From contig OY760686.1 of assembly GCA_963663865.1 (NCBI GenBank), forward strand, positions 1,920,001 to 1,984,000: DNA of 64,000 bases. The letters run 5' to 3'. This DNA comes from Spirochaetota bacterium (GTDB lineage Bacteria > Spirochaetota > UBA4802 > UBA5550). A model generated the notes under the pieces. The model saw only the letters and a program-made list of their open reading frames with translations, ran no database searches and was not told the origin of the DNA. Of this stretch, positions 41,372 through 51,198 are shown piece after piece. The position numbers and the translations under genes are program-made. The number at the start of each line of letters is the position of its first letter. Within the stretch, counting starts at the first letter, position 1.

Positions 41372-42460
41372 ATGACTGAAGGAAAAGAGCTTAAAAGGCA
41401 GCTGACAAACGTGCTCGTTACCGGCGGGGCCGGATTTATCGGATCAAACTTCATAAGGTATATGATGTCAAGAGACGACTTCGATGGCGGAATTATAAAT
41501 GTCGACAAGCTTACCTACGCGGGCAATCCGGCAAGCCTTGAGGACGTATCAGATAAGTTCGGCGGGACGCGCTACTTTTTTGAAAAGGCCGATATCTGCG
41601 ACGCGGAGGCGATGAAGGCCGTCTTCGAGAAATACAGCATCGACACTGTCGTGCACTTCGCCGCTGAGTCCCATGTAGACAGATCAATTCACGGGCCGGC
41701 CGAGTTCATATCAACAAACATCATGGGCACATTCACGCTTCTTGAAACATCAAGGGCCTTCTGGACCGGGAAAGAGGGAGTTCACTTTCACCACATAAGC
41801 ACCGATGAGGTCTATGGCTCGCTTGGTAATACAGGCTACTTTGAAGAGACCACCGCCTACGATCCAAGAAGCCCATATTCTGCATCCAAGGCCTCTTCGG
41901 ACCACCTTGTAAAGGCCTATCACCATACATACGGCCTCCCTGTGACTATTTCAAACTGCTCGAACAACTACGGACCGTATCAGTTCCCCGAAAAGCTCAT
42001 TCCGCTCATGATAAGCAACATGCTTGAAGGAAAGTCCCTTCCAATATACGGAGACGGTAAAAACATACGGGACTGGCTGCACGTCGACGATCACAACAGC
42101 GCCGTCTGGGCCATACTCAGGGGCGGTGTTAACGGCGAAACATACAATATCGGCGGAGAGAATGAGTGGGAAAACATCAAGCTGGTGAATTCACTCTGCG
42201 AAAAGCTTGCTGCTCAGACCGGTGAAAAACCCGAAACATACAAGAGCCTCATCACATACGTAAAAGACCGCTCCGGACACGACAGGCGTTACGCCATAGA
42301 CTGTTCAAAAATCAAACGGGATCTGGGCTGGAAGCAAAGCTACAGCTTCAGCGCCGGCCTTGATATGACGATAAGCTGGTATCTAAACAACCGCGAATGG
42401 TCCGATAACATCAAGTCGGGCGATTACCTCCAGTGGATTGAGAAGAACTACGGCAGGTGA
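41372..42460 (+). CDS. rfbB: dTDP-glucose 4,6-dehydratase
   Basis: TGGAGFIG, DKLTYAGN, AESHVDRSI, STDEVYG, YSASK, SNNYGP, GHDRRY. Confidence 0.98.
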   Translation: MTEGKELKRQLTNVLVTGGAGFIGSNFIRYMMSRDDFDGGIINVDKLTYAGNPASLEDVSDKFGGTRYFFEKADICDAEAMKAVFEKYSIDTVVHFAAESHVDRSIHGPAEFISTNIMGTFTLLETSRAFWTGKEGVHFHHISTDEVYGSLGNTGYFEETTAYDPRSPYSASKASSDHLVKAYHHTYGLPVTISNCSNNYGPYQFPEKLIPLMISNMLEGKSLPIYGDGKNIRDWLHVDDHNSAVWAILRGGVNGETYNIGGENEWENIKLVNSLCEKLAAQTGEKPETYKSLITYVKDRSGHDRRYAIDCSKIKRDLGWKQSYSFSAGLDMTISWYLNNREWSDNIKSGDYLQWIEKNYGR

Positions 42461-42830
42461 GCTTTACGCGGCCAAAACCCCTTCTAAGCACCCTTATAAG
42501 AATAAAGGCCGCTATGCCGGCGCTGTTGGCTGCAATGTCGCCAATCGAAGCCTCACGGTGCGGCAGGAAGTACTGAACCCCCTCAATGAGTACGCCCACC
42601 GCGAAGACAAGCGCCGTACCAGTGAAAATGCCATGACATCCTCCGTAACAGCGGAGGATGCTCATTGTAAAAAAAGTCATTCCATGGAGCAGCTTGTCTG
42701 ATAATTGCTTTTCTATCTCAAGAGAACCGGGTTTGAAAGCAAAAACCGCGGCTGTTATCACAGAAACCCAGAAGAAAGGGCCTGATGCCAGCTTTATCAG
42801 TCCCGCCGCCCTGTTTTGCCATTTACACAT
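42411..42830 (-). CDS. VanZ-like membrane protein
   Basis: DKLLH, IEGVQYFLPHR...DIAAN..G. Confidence 0.85.
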   Translation of the reverse strand: MCKWQNRAAGLIKLASGPFFWVSVITAAVFAFKPGSLEIEKQLSDKLLHGMTFFTMSILRCYGGCHGIFTGTALVFAVGVLIEGVQYFLPHREASIGDIAANSAGIAAFILIRVLRRGFGRVKLTCRSSSQSTGGNRPT

Positions 42831-42880
42831 AAACGTTTAAACCTCGACTTAAAGATTGAGACAGCACCCAAAATTTCGTG

Positions 42881-42911
42881 TTGACAAATATCGGGTCCGG
42901 TATGATATACT
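42881..42911 (+). promoter_or_regulatory. Putative promoter of the CBS/CorC-recO operon
   Basis: TTGACA, then an extended -10 TGaTATACT (19-nt spacer). Confidence 0.35.
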
Positions 42912-42984
42912 TTTCTATTCAGGCGGACGCTTAAGCGCCAATATAAACGCCTGTATTCTCATTTTCAGGAACAAATACTATCTT

Positions 42985-43809
42985 ATGACACAGGAAAACT
43001 CTGAACCGGGGAGTCGAAAATCACTCATTAAAAGAATCAGAACCCACCTGAAGAACCTCAACTCCGGGAAAAGAAAGCCCGGCTATGACTCAAAAGACTA
43101 CGATAATCTGGACACAAGCCGTCAGAACATGATAAGGGGCGTTTTTGAGCTTCCTGATCACATCGCCAGAGACCTCATGATACCCAGGGTTGACATAGTG
43201 GCGATAGACTCAAAGATTGAGCTGAAACCCCTTGTCAAGAAAGTCTATGAGGCCGGGCATTCAAGGCTTCCCGTATATGACGACACCATTGACAATATAA
43301 TCGGCATCCTTTACGCCAAGGATCTGCTTAAAGTTCTGATAGACAAGCCCAAAAAGTTCAACATAAAAAAAATTGTCAGGGACGCCTATTACGTGCCCGA
43401 GACGATGCCCCTTGACGAGCTGCTGTTCGAGTTTCAGAAGCGGAAACACCACATGGCCATTGTCGTTGACGAATACGGCGGTGTTGGAGGCGTGCTGACT
43501 CTTGAGGATATTCTTGAGGAGATAGTCGGCGATATAGTCGATGAGTACGACTCGGAGATGGCGCCAGAATTTGTTGAACTGGGCAACGGCAGCTACGAGG
43601 TAGACTCGAGAATGACGCTCTACGATTTCAACGAGAAGCTTGGAGTGGAACTGCCGGTCGAAGACTTTGACACAATCGGAGGCTTCGTTTTCGATCTGTT
43701 CGGTAAAATCCCCAAGCTTAACGAACAGGCAGCGCACGGCAATATGACATTCAAGATAAACAAAATTAAAGGGACCGTTATAAACAGGATCGGCCTCAAA
43801 GTGGAATAG
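42985..43809 (+). CDS. CBS-pair/CorC_HlyC protein (hemolysin C / Mg transport associated)
   Basis: MIPRVDI, HSRLPVY, GILYAKD, VVDEYGG, TLEDILEEIVG, TIGG. Confidence 0.93.
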   Translation: MTQENSEPGSRKSLIKRIRTHLKNLNSGKRKPGYDSKDYDNLDTSRQNMIRGVFELPDHIARDLMIPRVDIVAIDSKIELKPLVKKVYEAGHSRLPVYDDTIDNIIGILYAKDLLKVLIDKPKKFNIKKIVRDAYYVPETMPLDELLFEFQKRKHHMAIVVDEYGGVGGVLTLEDILEEIVGDIVDEYDSEMAPEFVELGNGSYEVDSRMTLYDFNEKLGVELPVEDFDTIGGFVFDLFGKIPKLNEQAAHGNMTFKINKIKGTVINRIGLKVE

Positions 43810-43812
43810 AAG

Positions 43813-44547
43813 TTGAACGCTTCAAACGACAATCTAATTGTTCTAACATCGTCCATTACCGGAGAGGCCGATGTCATGGCTACCGCTCTGTGCCGTGACA
43901 GGGGCAAGGTCAGGCTTCTGTTCAAGGGACTGAAGAAAAGCCGGCGCCGTTCGCGTTCCGCAGGCGAACCCGGCTCGCTGCTCTCCGCTGTAAGCCGCAA
44001 AAGCCGCACCGGTAACTATTCCATAGTCAGCGATTTCTGCGTAAAAGGCAGCTGTGACGCCATCAGCAGGGACTACAGCAAGATAATGTGCATGCACTTC
44101 ATGCTTGAGCTTTCCGACAAGACAACGGCGGGAAGCGACCCGGACTGCCGGGTGTACGACCTGCTGCTTGCGGCCCTCTCAGCGCTGTCTGAAACCGAGC
44201 ACCCGGTCAGGCTGGCCTGCACCTTTACGGCCCATCTCATCAGGTCGCACGGGCTTCTCGGAGGACTCAACTGCCGGATATGCGGCTGCGAACCGGATAC
44301 GGGCTCAGTACTCGAAACCTCAAACCTGTCAATGCTGTGCGGCTCCTGCCGCGAGCCGGGCGGCCATTACGCGGGCAGAGGCATTCAGCAGTTTTTCAGG
44401 GACTGTCTTTCCGGAAAGTTCAGGGACCTGGACCAATGCCTTTACAGCGAAGAGGATGTCCGCAGGCTGCTCTTCTATCTGACCGAGTACATCGAACAAT
44501 ATTTTAATATAGTCGTGAAATCCAGGAAGCTTCTCTATTCCTGTTGA
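43813..44547 (+). CDS. recO: DNA repair protein RecO
   Basis: GEAD...GKV...KG..KS N-terminal OB pattern; CRICG...CGSC zinc motif; follows the CBS/CorC gene. Confidence 0.8.
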   Translation: MNASNDNLIVLTSSITGEADVMATALCRDRGKVRLLFKGLKKSRRRSRSAGEPGSLLSAVSRKSRTGNYSIVSDFCVKGSCDAISRDYSKIMCMHFMLELSDKTTAGSDPDCRVYDLLLAALSALSETEHPVRLACTFTAHLIRSHGLLGGLNCRICGCEPDTGSVLETSNLSMLCGSCREPGGHYAGRGIQQFFRDCLSGKFRDLDQCLYSEEDVRRLLFYLTEYIEQYFNIVVKSRKLLYSC

Positions 44548-44569
44548 TTTTTGGCGGGGGGATAAAGCT

Positions 44570-44797
44570 CTATCTGCTTCTTTGCTTCTTTGCCGGCGTC
44601 TGACTTTTTTCAAAGTCGTTTTTCTCGATGATGTACGACAGCTTGAGCGACTCGTAGTTTACTATAGTCTGTGCATCCGCCCTGCTCTCCTTGAGATACA
44701 GGATGATCTCGTCCAACTGCCTCAGCTTCTCAATATACTCTCTTAGACATCTGAATCTGTACATTTCAATCCTCGTGTCAATATTTGATAATAGCAA
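44570..44797 (-). CDS. Small hypothetical protein
   Basis: 75-aa helical, charged ORF filling an intergenic gap; no motif recognised. Confidence 0.35.
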   Translation of the reverse strand: MLLSNIDTRIEMYRFRCLREYIEKLRQLDEIILYLKESRADAQTIVNYESLKLSYIIEKNDFEKSQTPAKKQRSR

Positions 44798-45089
44798 TTA
44801 TCGGCCGAACAAATATATCCTTTAGGCTTAATTCCGCTATTTCCGAACGAACAATGGGTCAATCTGCAACACACAACATAGCCATTAAACGTCTACGTTT
44901 GAATATTTTTAAATATTTTTAATAATTAAGCTCAAACCTGGCAAGTATGAACAAATCGTGTACCTATAAGCCGGTTTTTAGCAAACTTGTTTCTATTAAT
45001 AATTGACTTGATTGTTATAATAACGGATTATAATTTCAGAACCGGTAATTACTCTTCAGGTTTAAGATATTTCCAGGGATGAGGCTATC

Positions 45090-46217
45090 GTGAAATTAAA
45101 CTTTTCAGCAAGGTTCTCGGTGCACACAGCCGCGGTGTTGTCGGTATTTATTATCCTGGTAGCGGCCGTCTTTACCTTTTCTCAGAGGAATTTTTCAGGC
45201 CTTTTCACCTCGTGCGTAAACTATGCCGAACAGCAGAGATTAAAGGCCGTAGCCTCATCAATATCTGACATGCCCGGTGTATCGGACAGCGCAGGCATGA
45301 GGCCGCTAATGCAAAAACTACGCGATATTCTTTCAGGCGACAGCCGCATTCTGAACTTCATTGTCTACTCTAAGACCGCCGACGACAGCTACTTCAGGGC
45401 CGTCGATTCAGCTGATTCAAGCGCAGTTCCCGGCCCCGAGCTTAACTCGGCTATCCGTGACACAGATGGGCAGTTTCGTAAAGGAATGCTTGAAATCACT
45501 CCTGATACGACTATATTCGGCAAAGATGGAAAGTACTGGAACAACACGGCAATGCCCGTTAAAATCGGCGGCCGTGAACATGTCCTGCAGCTTGTAACCG
45601 CCGCCCCGCCTGAAAATCCGTTCAGTACTGAATTCAATACAAAAAGCAGGCTTTATATAAGCATTATATCTATAGCGGCTTTTATTTCAATAATTACGCT
45701 CTACGTGATGACGTGGATATTCAACAGACGTTTTTCCATATTCATCAGGGGGCTTTCGGAGCATCTTAGCAGAGCCGCTTCGGGAAGCCTCGAGGTTTCA
45801 ATGAGGAACGACGCGGCAGACGAAGAGATTGCAGGGCTCGCTTCATCCTTCAACAGACTGATGGAAACATTGAAATCGTCGGGAGATGCCGCACTCCCTG
45901 AAGCCAAATCCCCGGATGAAATGAGCGGCAGCCAGTCCTATGTTGACCGCCTATTTGCCGACGGCGTGAGTTTCATGAAAGAACAGCACTTTGACAGGGC
46001 CATTGATGTTTTTTCAGCAGTGAGGGCCCTTCGTGTTGACAGCTTCGGAGCGTATTATAATCTCGGCGTCGCGTTCGCGAGGACCGGGCAGTTTGATAAA
46101 TCGCTCGAAAACTTCAATGAGGCGCTGGCTTTGAACCCTGCGAACAGAGATCTTCCGGAGTATATCGCTAAAGTTGAACGAATTATCGAAAAAAGCGCTC
46201 TTCGATCCGGCAGTTAA
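45090..46217 (+). CDS. Membrane sensor-like protein (TM-extracytoplasmic domain-TM-HAMP-TPR)
   Basis: Two hydrophobic segments, EEIAGLASSFNRL HAMP, AYYNLGVAF...ALALNP TPR. Confidence 0.75.
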   Translation: MKLNFSARFSVHTAAVLSVFIILVAAVFTFSQRNFSGLFTSCVNYAEQQRLKAVASSISDMPGVSDSAGMRPLMQKLRDILSGDSRILNFIVYSKTADDSYFRAVDSADSSAVPGPELNSAIRDTDGQFRKGMLEITPDTTIFGKDGKYWNNTAMPVKIGGREHVLQLVTAAPPENPFSTEFNTKSRLYISIISIAAFISIITLYVMTWIFNRRFSIFIRGLSEHLSRAASGSLEVSMRNDAADEEIAGLASSFNRLMETLKSSGDAALPEAKSPDEMSGSQSYVDRLFADGVSFMKEQHFDRAIDVFSAVRALRVDSFGAYYNLGVAFARTGQFDKSLENFNEALALNPANRDLPEYIAKVERIIEKSALRSGS

Positions 46218-48000
46218 AAAGAAAGCCGCGTCATTTCCGGAGGAACCCGGCGTCTACCTGATGAAGGACTCATCCGGCGAGATAATCTACGTCGGCAAGG
46301 CAACATCGCTGAAAAAGAGAGTGCTGTCGTACTTCCGTAAAAACAACCAGGACGCGAAGACCTCAATACTCGTAAGCAGAATTGCGGACATTGACTTCAT
46401 CATCACCTCTTCCGAAATTGAAGCACTTCTGCTTGAGAACAACCTCATCAAAAAACACAGGCCGCGATTTAACGTCCGCCTTAAAGACGATAAAAGATAT
46501 CCATTTATAGGCGTCACGCTCGACGAGGATTATCCGCGTCTTGTTTACACGCGCCGGGTTTTCGGTAAAACAAACAGGTTCTTCGGACCTTATGTCGACG
46601 CCAGAGCGGCTAAAAACATGATTGAGCTCATCAATACAGTTTTCAAGCTGAAGACCTGCCGGCGGGATCTTCCGCTCAGGAGTGGTGAACGCCCGTGCAT
46701 CAACCACCAGATACAGAAGTGCTCAGGTGTCTGCACTGGGCTTATATCCGCCGATGAATACAGGTCCATAATCTCTAACGCGGTAAAATTTCTGGAGGGC
46801 GGCACGGGTGCCATTATCGAAGACCTCAATTCGAAGATGAAGTCATACTCGGAAAGAATGGAATACGAGAAGGCTGCTTCAATCAGGGATATTATCCAGG
46901 ACATTCAGGCGGTAAACGAAACACAGCGGGTGGAAACAAACATAACAGGCGACATCGACTACATTGAAGCGCTTCCGGAAGGCGATGAACTCATCGCTGT
47001 TATATTTGAGTTCAGAGGCGGCAATCTGCTCGGAAGGAAGATATCGGTCTTCGAGAACGCGTCATTGGCCGAGGTAAGCGACGTCATGCGGCTCTTCATG
47101 CTTGACTACTACGGTAAAGGCGATGTTCCCGGAAGGATTGTCACGAGCAGGCCTGTCGCCGACCGTGTAATCATAGAGAGCTTTCTCACAGAGAGATCCT
47201 CGCGAAGGGTGAGAATATCGCCCCCGGTATCGGCAAACGACCGCGGCGTATCGGAGATGGTAATCAAAAACGCGAAGCAGATTCTTGCCGACAGAAAGGC
47301 GAACAGCTCTGAAGGCAATTATCCGGCGGCCGCCGCTGAGCTTATGGAGGTACTGGGCCTCGACAGGCCGCCCGTTGAGATTGTCTGCTTTGACATTTCC
47401 AATCTTCAGGGAACAAACTCTGTGGCTTCCATGTCATGCTTCAGAGACGGAAAGCCATTTAAAAGCGGCTACAGGCGCTTTAAAATAAGGGGATACGAGG
47501 GGGCAAATGACCCCGGCATGATTCACGAGGCCGTGTCAAGGCGTGTCCAGCATCTTGTGAATGAAGATATTGAGCCGCCGGATATCATGGTGATTGACGG
47601 CGGCATTACACAGCTCACAAGGGCCCTTGAGGCCGTCAGCAATTTCGACATCAACATCAAGGTAATTTCCATAGCAAAGCGCTTTGAAGAGCTGTATTAT
47701 GACCCTGCTGAAGAGCCTATCCGGCTGCCGGAATCGTCCCCTGCCCTTCGAGTCATTCAGATGGTACGCGACGAGGCGCACAGGTTCGCCATAACCTACC
47801 ACCGCAAGCTCAGGGCGAAGGCATTCACCAGCTCAGAGCTCGACTCTATTCCCGGCATCACCGAGAATAAAAAAGGGCTTCTTTTCGGCAGCTTTCACTC
47901 AGTCGAGGCAATAAAGAACGCCGAACTCGACGAACTGCTGAATGTCAAAGGGCTTGGCAAGGCAGTCGCCGAAGCGGTTTACAGATTCTTTAACGGTTGA
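46174..48000 (+). CDS. uvrC: Excinuclease ABC subunit C
   Basis: PGVYLM-IYVGKA GIY-YIG, EALLLE, UVR (YEKAA-IRD), FDIS, IDGG, RDEAHRFA, HhH. Confidence 0.98.
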   Translation: MNELSKKALFDPAVKKKAASFPEEPGVYLMKDSSGEIIYVGKATSLKKRVLSYFRKNNQDAKTSILVSRIADIDFIITSSEIEALLLENNLIKKHRPRFNVRLKDDKRYPFIGVTLDEDYPRLVYTRRVFGKTNRFFGPYVDARAAKNMIELINTVFKLKTCRRDLPLRSGERPCINHQIQKCSGVCTGLISADEYRSIISNAVKFLEGGTGAIIEDLNSKMKSYSERMEYEKAASIRDIIQDIQAVNETQRVETNITGDIDYIEALPEGDELIAVIFEFRGGNLLGRKISVFENASLAEVSDVMRLFMLDYYGKGDVPGRIVTSRPVADRVIIESFLTERSSRRVRISPPVSANDRGVSEMVIKNAKQILADRKANSSEGNYPAAAAELMEVLGLDRPPVEIVCFDISNLQGTNSVASMSCFRDGKPFKSGYRRFKIRGYEGANDPGMIHEAVSRRVQHLVNEDIEPPDIMVIDGGITQLTRALEAVSNFDINIKVISIAKRFEELYYDPAEEPIRLPESSPALRVIQMVRDEAHRFAITYHRKLRAKAFTSSELDSIPGITENKKGLLFGSFHSVEAIKNAELDELLNVKGLGKAVAEAVYRFFNG

Positions 48001-48074
48001 CTAAAATTTCTCCCCTCACTCGAATTTTTCTTTACATACTCAACATATAATTATTATTGGAGATATAGTTTGGA

Positions 48075-48148
48075 CGGGGTGTGGCGCAGTCAGGTAGCGC
48101 ACATGACTGGGGGTCATGTGGTCGCTGGTTCAAATCCAGTCACCCCGA
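48075..48148 (+). tRNA. tRNA-Pro (GGG); CCA not encoded
   Basis: Acceptor CGGGGTG/CACCCCG+A, D arm GCGC-AGTCAGGTA-GCGC, anticodon arm CATGA-CTGGGGG-TCATG, T arm GGTTCAAATCC. Confidence 0.97.
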
Positions 48149-48152
48149 ATTT

Positions 48153-48179
48153 AAGCCCTGAGATGATCAGGGCTTTTTT
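48153..48179 (+). terminator. Intrinsic terminator after tRNA-Pro
   Basis: AAGCCCTGA-GATGA-TCAGGGCTT followed by a T tract. Confidence 0.88.
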
Positions 48180-48453
48180 AATGTCAAATGGCAGAAATCT
48201 TCGGCATTTAAATCTTCCTGAAAATAAACTTCCAACCCGTTCAGCATCTTAATTATTCGTCCATCACTCTTCCATCTTTAAGTATATAACGAATATACAA
48301 TTCAGCCTGTCTGATTTTTTAACTTCAATTGCGAATATCATTTGATTTTTATATGCTTTTGCTGGTGAAATATTTGATGAGGGTTTTGTGGAGATAAAGT
48401 ATGCAGTATGTGTCATTAAAGACTCAATATTATGAGTAAGAGGAAAAATACGT

Positions 48454-49311
48454 ATGCCATATATTCATTTTGGCCGCATTGGTGATATTTGGAAACATTT
48501 ACCTTTAGCAGAATATTTAGCTACTGTCAGACCCAATAAATATGTTGAATCGAATTCTGCATCATCTATGTATTTATTATCAAATACACCTGAACAGGAA
48601 TATGGGATTTATCATTTTTGGAATAATTGTCATAAGGCTGATTATCTAAAACAAACAGCGTACTATTTAATGATGAAAAATTTTAACCCTGGTAATATAA
48701 CCACATATCCAGGTTCATCAGCAATCGCACTAAATTTACTAAAGAATATCGATTGTATTTTTTATTTTTATGATATTGAAAAAGACTCAATTAACAACAT
48801 TGAAAAATATACAACACAATCAGGACTAAAAAAAAGAAGCCATTTTTATATTACAGATTCAATAAATGGAATTCATAAACAGCTTGATGAATTTAACGAT
48901 CAAACTTTTATCCATTTTGACCCATATGATGCTTTTACTCCAAATTCTAAGGGAATATCGTACTTGGATTTGTTTTTTGAAGCAAAGAATAAAGGAATTA
49001 TGGCAATGCTATGGTATGGTTTCATGACAACAAATGACAAAAAAGATATATATAGCTTGATTAAGAAAAAATTAAACTATAACAACAAAGAGAGATTATC
49101 CTGTGTTGAAGTATTTTTAAGCAGTATTCAAGAGAATTCAGTGCTGGTCAATCCCGGTGTAGTCGGTTCTGGTGTAATTACATGCAATCTTCCAAGTAAA
49201 TTAATTGAAAAAACATATTGTATGGCAAATGAATTGAAAATGATTTATAAAGATTCTTTTGTATTTGATAAATATAAGGGCGATATAGAGGTGGAATTAA
49301 TAGACTATTAG
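48454..49311 (+). CDS. RlmJ-like (N6-adenine methyltransferase fold) protein, divergent
   Basis: HFGRIGDIWKH resembles RlmJ HAGNxADVxKH; YPGS; HFDPY resembles IDPPY; LWY. Confidence 0.6.
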   Translation: MPYIHFGRIGDIWKHLPLAEYLATVRPNKYVESNSASSMYLLSNTPEQEYGIYHFWNNCHKADYLKQTAYYLMMKNFNPGNITTYPGSSAIALNLLKNIDCIFYFYDIEKDSINNIEKYTTQSGLKKRSHFYITDSINGIHKQLDEFNDQTFIHFDPYDAFTPNSKGISYLDLFFEAKNKGIMAMLWYGFMTTNDKKDIYSLIKKKLNYNNKERLSCVEVFLSSIQENSVLVNPGVVGSGVITCNLPSKLIEKTYCMANELKMIYKDSFVFDKYKGDIEVELIDY

Positions 49312-49397
49312 ACTCGGGCCGTGTGAGTATTGGGTCCTTCGCGAAACCACGAAGGATTAGATATCAATTCAGTCTTTAAATATACTTGCAAATATAC

Positions 49398-49426
49398 TTG
49401 ACATGCATCTCTTTCTTTATTATTGT
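49398..49426 (+). promoter_or_regulatory. sigma70 promoter of vapBC, overlapped by a tandem AAATATACTTG repeat
   Basis: TTGACA-17 nt-TATTGT; AAATATACTTG occurs twice at 49378-49400. Confidence 0.65.
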
Positions 49427-49444
49427 TACATCAAGAGGTTTCTT

Positions 49445-49672
49445 ATGCCACAGATATCATTATATATCGACAAAGATACTTTATCCAGGATAGAAAAGGC
49501 TGCGGCCAAAGAACGTATTTCAATCTCAAAATGGGTAGGCAGAAATATTAAAAAAGCGATGAAGGAAGACTATCCGCATGGATATTTTGATTTATTCGGC
49601 ACCATTACGGATAATTCATTTGAGATTGAGAATTTATCATTTGACCATGATTCCAAAAGAGAAAGCTTGTGA
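49445..49672 (+). CDS. VapB-like antitoxin (RHH-type N-terminus)
   Basis: MPQISLYID...AAAKERISISKW, acidic C-terminus, GTGA overlap with the PIN gene; GAGG RBS. Confidence 0.8.
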   Translation: MPQISLYIDKDTLSRIEKAAAKERISISKWVGRNIKKAMKEDYPHGYFDLFGTITDNSFEIENLSFDHDSKRESL

Positions 49673-50073
49673 AGTTTTATCTTGATTCAAATATCTGTGT
49701 ATATTTCCTTAATGGATTATATCCTTCAATACTGGAAAATTTGCAAAATACGAATCCGGATAATATAAAAATTCCTTCAATTGTAAAAGCTGAGCTGCTT
49801 TATGGCGCTGAAAAAAGTCAGCATAAAGCAAAAAATTTAGCTGCCGTCAACCGATTTCTTGAACCTTTTGAAGTTACCCCATTTGATGATGATTGTTCAA
49901 TTGCCTATTCAAAAATTCGTTCAGCTATGGAATTGAAAGGAACAATTATTGGCCCGAATGATTATATAATCGCTTCGACAGTTTTAGCAAAAAATGGAAT
50001 ACTGGTGACGAATAATACAAAAGAATTTAAGAAAGTAAAAAATCTAAAAATTGAAAATTGGACTGTTAAATAA
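49669..50073 (+). CDS. vapC: VapC PIN-domain toxin
   Basis: YLDSNIC, AELLYGA, IGPNDYIIA, LVTNNTKEF. Confidence 0.95.
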   Translation: MKFYLDSNICVYFLNGLYPSILENLQNTNPDNIKIPSIVKAELLYGAEKSQHKAKNLAAVNRFLEPFEVTPFDDDCSIAYSKIRSAMELKGTIIGPNDYIIASTVLAKNGILVTNNTKEFKKVKNLKIENWTVK

Positions 50074-50208
50074 CCGTTTCCTGGCTGTAAAATACATGAA
50101 AGTCTGGAATTGAGTCCATTGCCTGTTGTGTACCCTGATTTTCCTCCGAAGCTGTATTCCCTCCGTGTCAAGTTTAATATCATTATATGCTTGTAGTTTA
50201 GGCGCCCA

Positions 50209-50877
50209 TTAAGGTTTTTCATAATATATTTTTTTAAACGTCTGGCGGCTTCCTACATCGACACTGATCTTAATCTCGAATCTATTATCTGAGACCTTTT
50301 TCACTGATTCAACCCAAAACCCGGCAGGTTTTGTAAGGATATCGTACTCCTTACCCATAACATACAGGCGTGTTTTACCTCCCATATGCCACCGCTCTCT
50401 GAACTTGCCGTCCCGAACTGCCTTGAAAGTCCAGATTTCATCATCACAAAAGAATTCCACTTTCCTTGTCACATTGGTGAAAGGACCGTACTCTTTTCCG
50501 TTAATTACGAAATAATACTTCTGGTCGCTTGTCTGATCATCTCCCTTAAAAGCCATAAAGTAAAAAAAACGGCCGCCCGGAGAAAAACCAGCGATACGGT
50601 AATTTATATAATCATATGGTCCATAGCCATCTTTATTGCCTGCATTTGTATGGACGCGATAAGTGCTTTTATTTGAATCATCTTTGTTTTCACTTATGAA
50701 AAGCCATTTATCTTTGTTTTTCGCAAGATCGCTGACCCAGAAGAATGGCCCAAACTTTTCCCCGTTAAGATTGTACCACCATTTACCGTCAGCCTTGAAT
50801 GGAAGATCTGTTCTTCGCTGAGAAGCCGCCGGTACAATCAAAGTCAATATCAAGAAAATCACCAATAGATTTTTCAT
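50209..50877 (-). CDS. Secreted beta-rich protein with internal G(K/E)xGP(F/Y) repeats
   Basis: Signal peptide MKNLLVIFLIL; repeats NGEKFGPF, GYGPY, NGKEYGPF, MGKEY. Confidence 0.6.
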   Translation of the reverse strand: MKNLLVIFLILTLIVPAASQRRTDLPFKADGKWWYNLNGEKFGPFFWVSDLAKNKDKWLFISENKDDSNKSTYRVHTNAGNKDGYGPYDYINYRIAGFSPGGRFFYFMAFKGDDQTSDQKYYFVINGKEYGPFTNVTRKVEFFCDDEIWTFKAVRDGKFRERWHMGGKTRLYVMGKEYDILTKPAGFWVESVKKVSDNRFEIKISVDVGSRQTFKKIYYEKP

Positions 50878-51198
50878 GGAATGCGCCCTATCCCTTTTGT
50901 AAATATGCAATTGAGTCATCTTCACTTCAAAAAAATAAAAGTGTCTTTTCAAAATTGACTTTATATCATAGATAATTTACCAGGTCAATTTTAAAATTTC
51001 GTGCACAATGATATCTATACATTTCGTCAATCATATCATAGATTTAACAAGTATTCAAGCTCTTTCTTGCAGCATATCAACAAACCTAAGCCATAAATGT
51101 TAATATATTTTTTAATATCATATAATTTATTATTGTTTTTATCAAACGATATTTAAATTATGACATTAACAAAATATTGATTTTTACAAGGCGTATAA

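Noticed and set aside
36735-42460. Convergent 3' overlaps (ompA-like/recJ 47 nt, rfbB/vanZ 50 nt)
   Set aside because: Common in compact genomes; no sign of frameshift or function.
48070-48252. 60-aa ORF in the track
   Set aside because: It overlaps tRNA-Pro and its terminator; spurious.
48264-48341. Minus-strand fragment MIFAIEVKKS resembling a PD-(D/E)XK nuclease remnant
   Set aside because: Only 25 codons; too little evidence to call a pseudogene.
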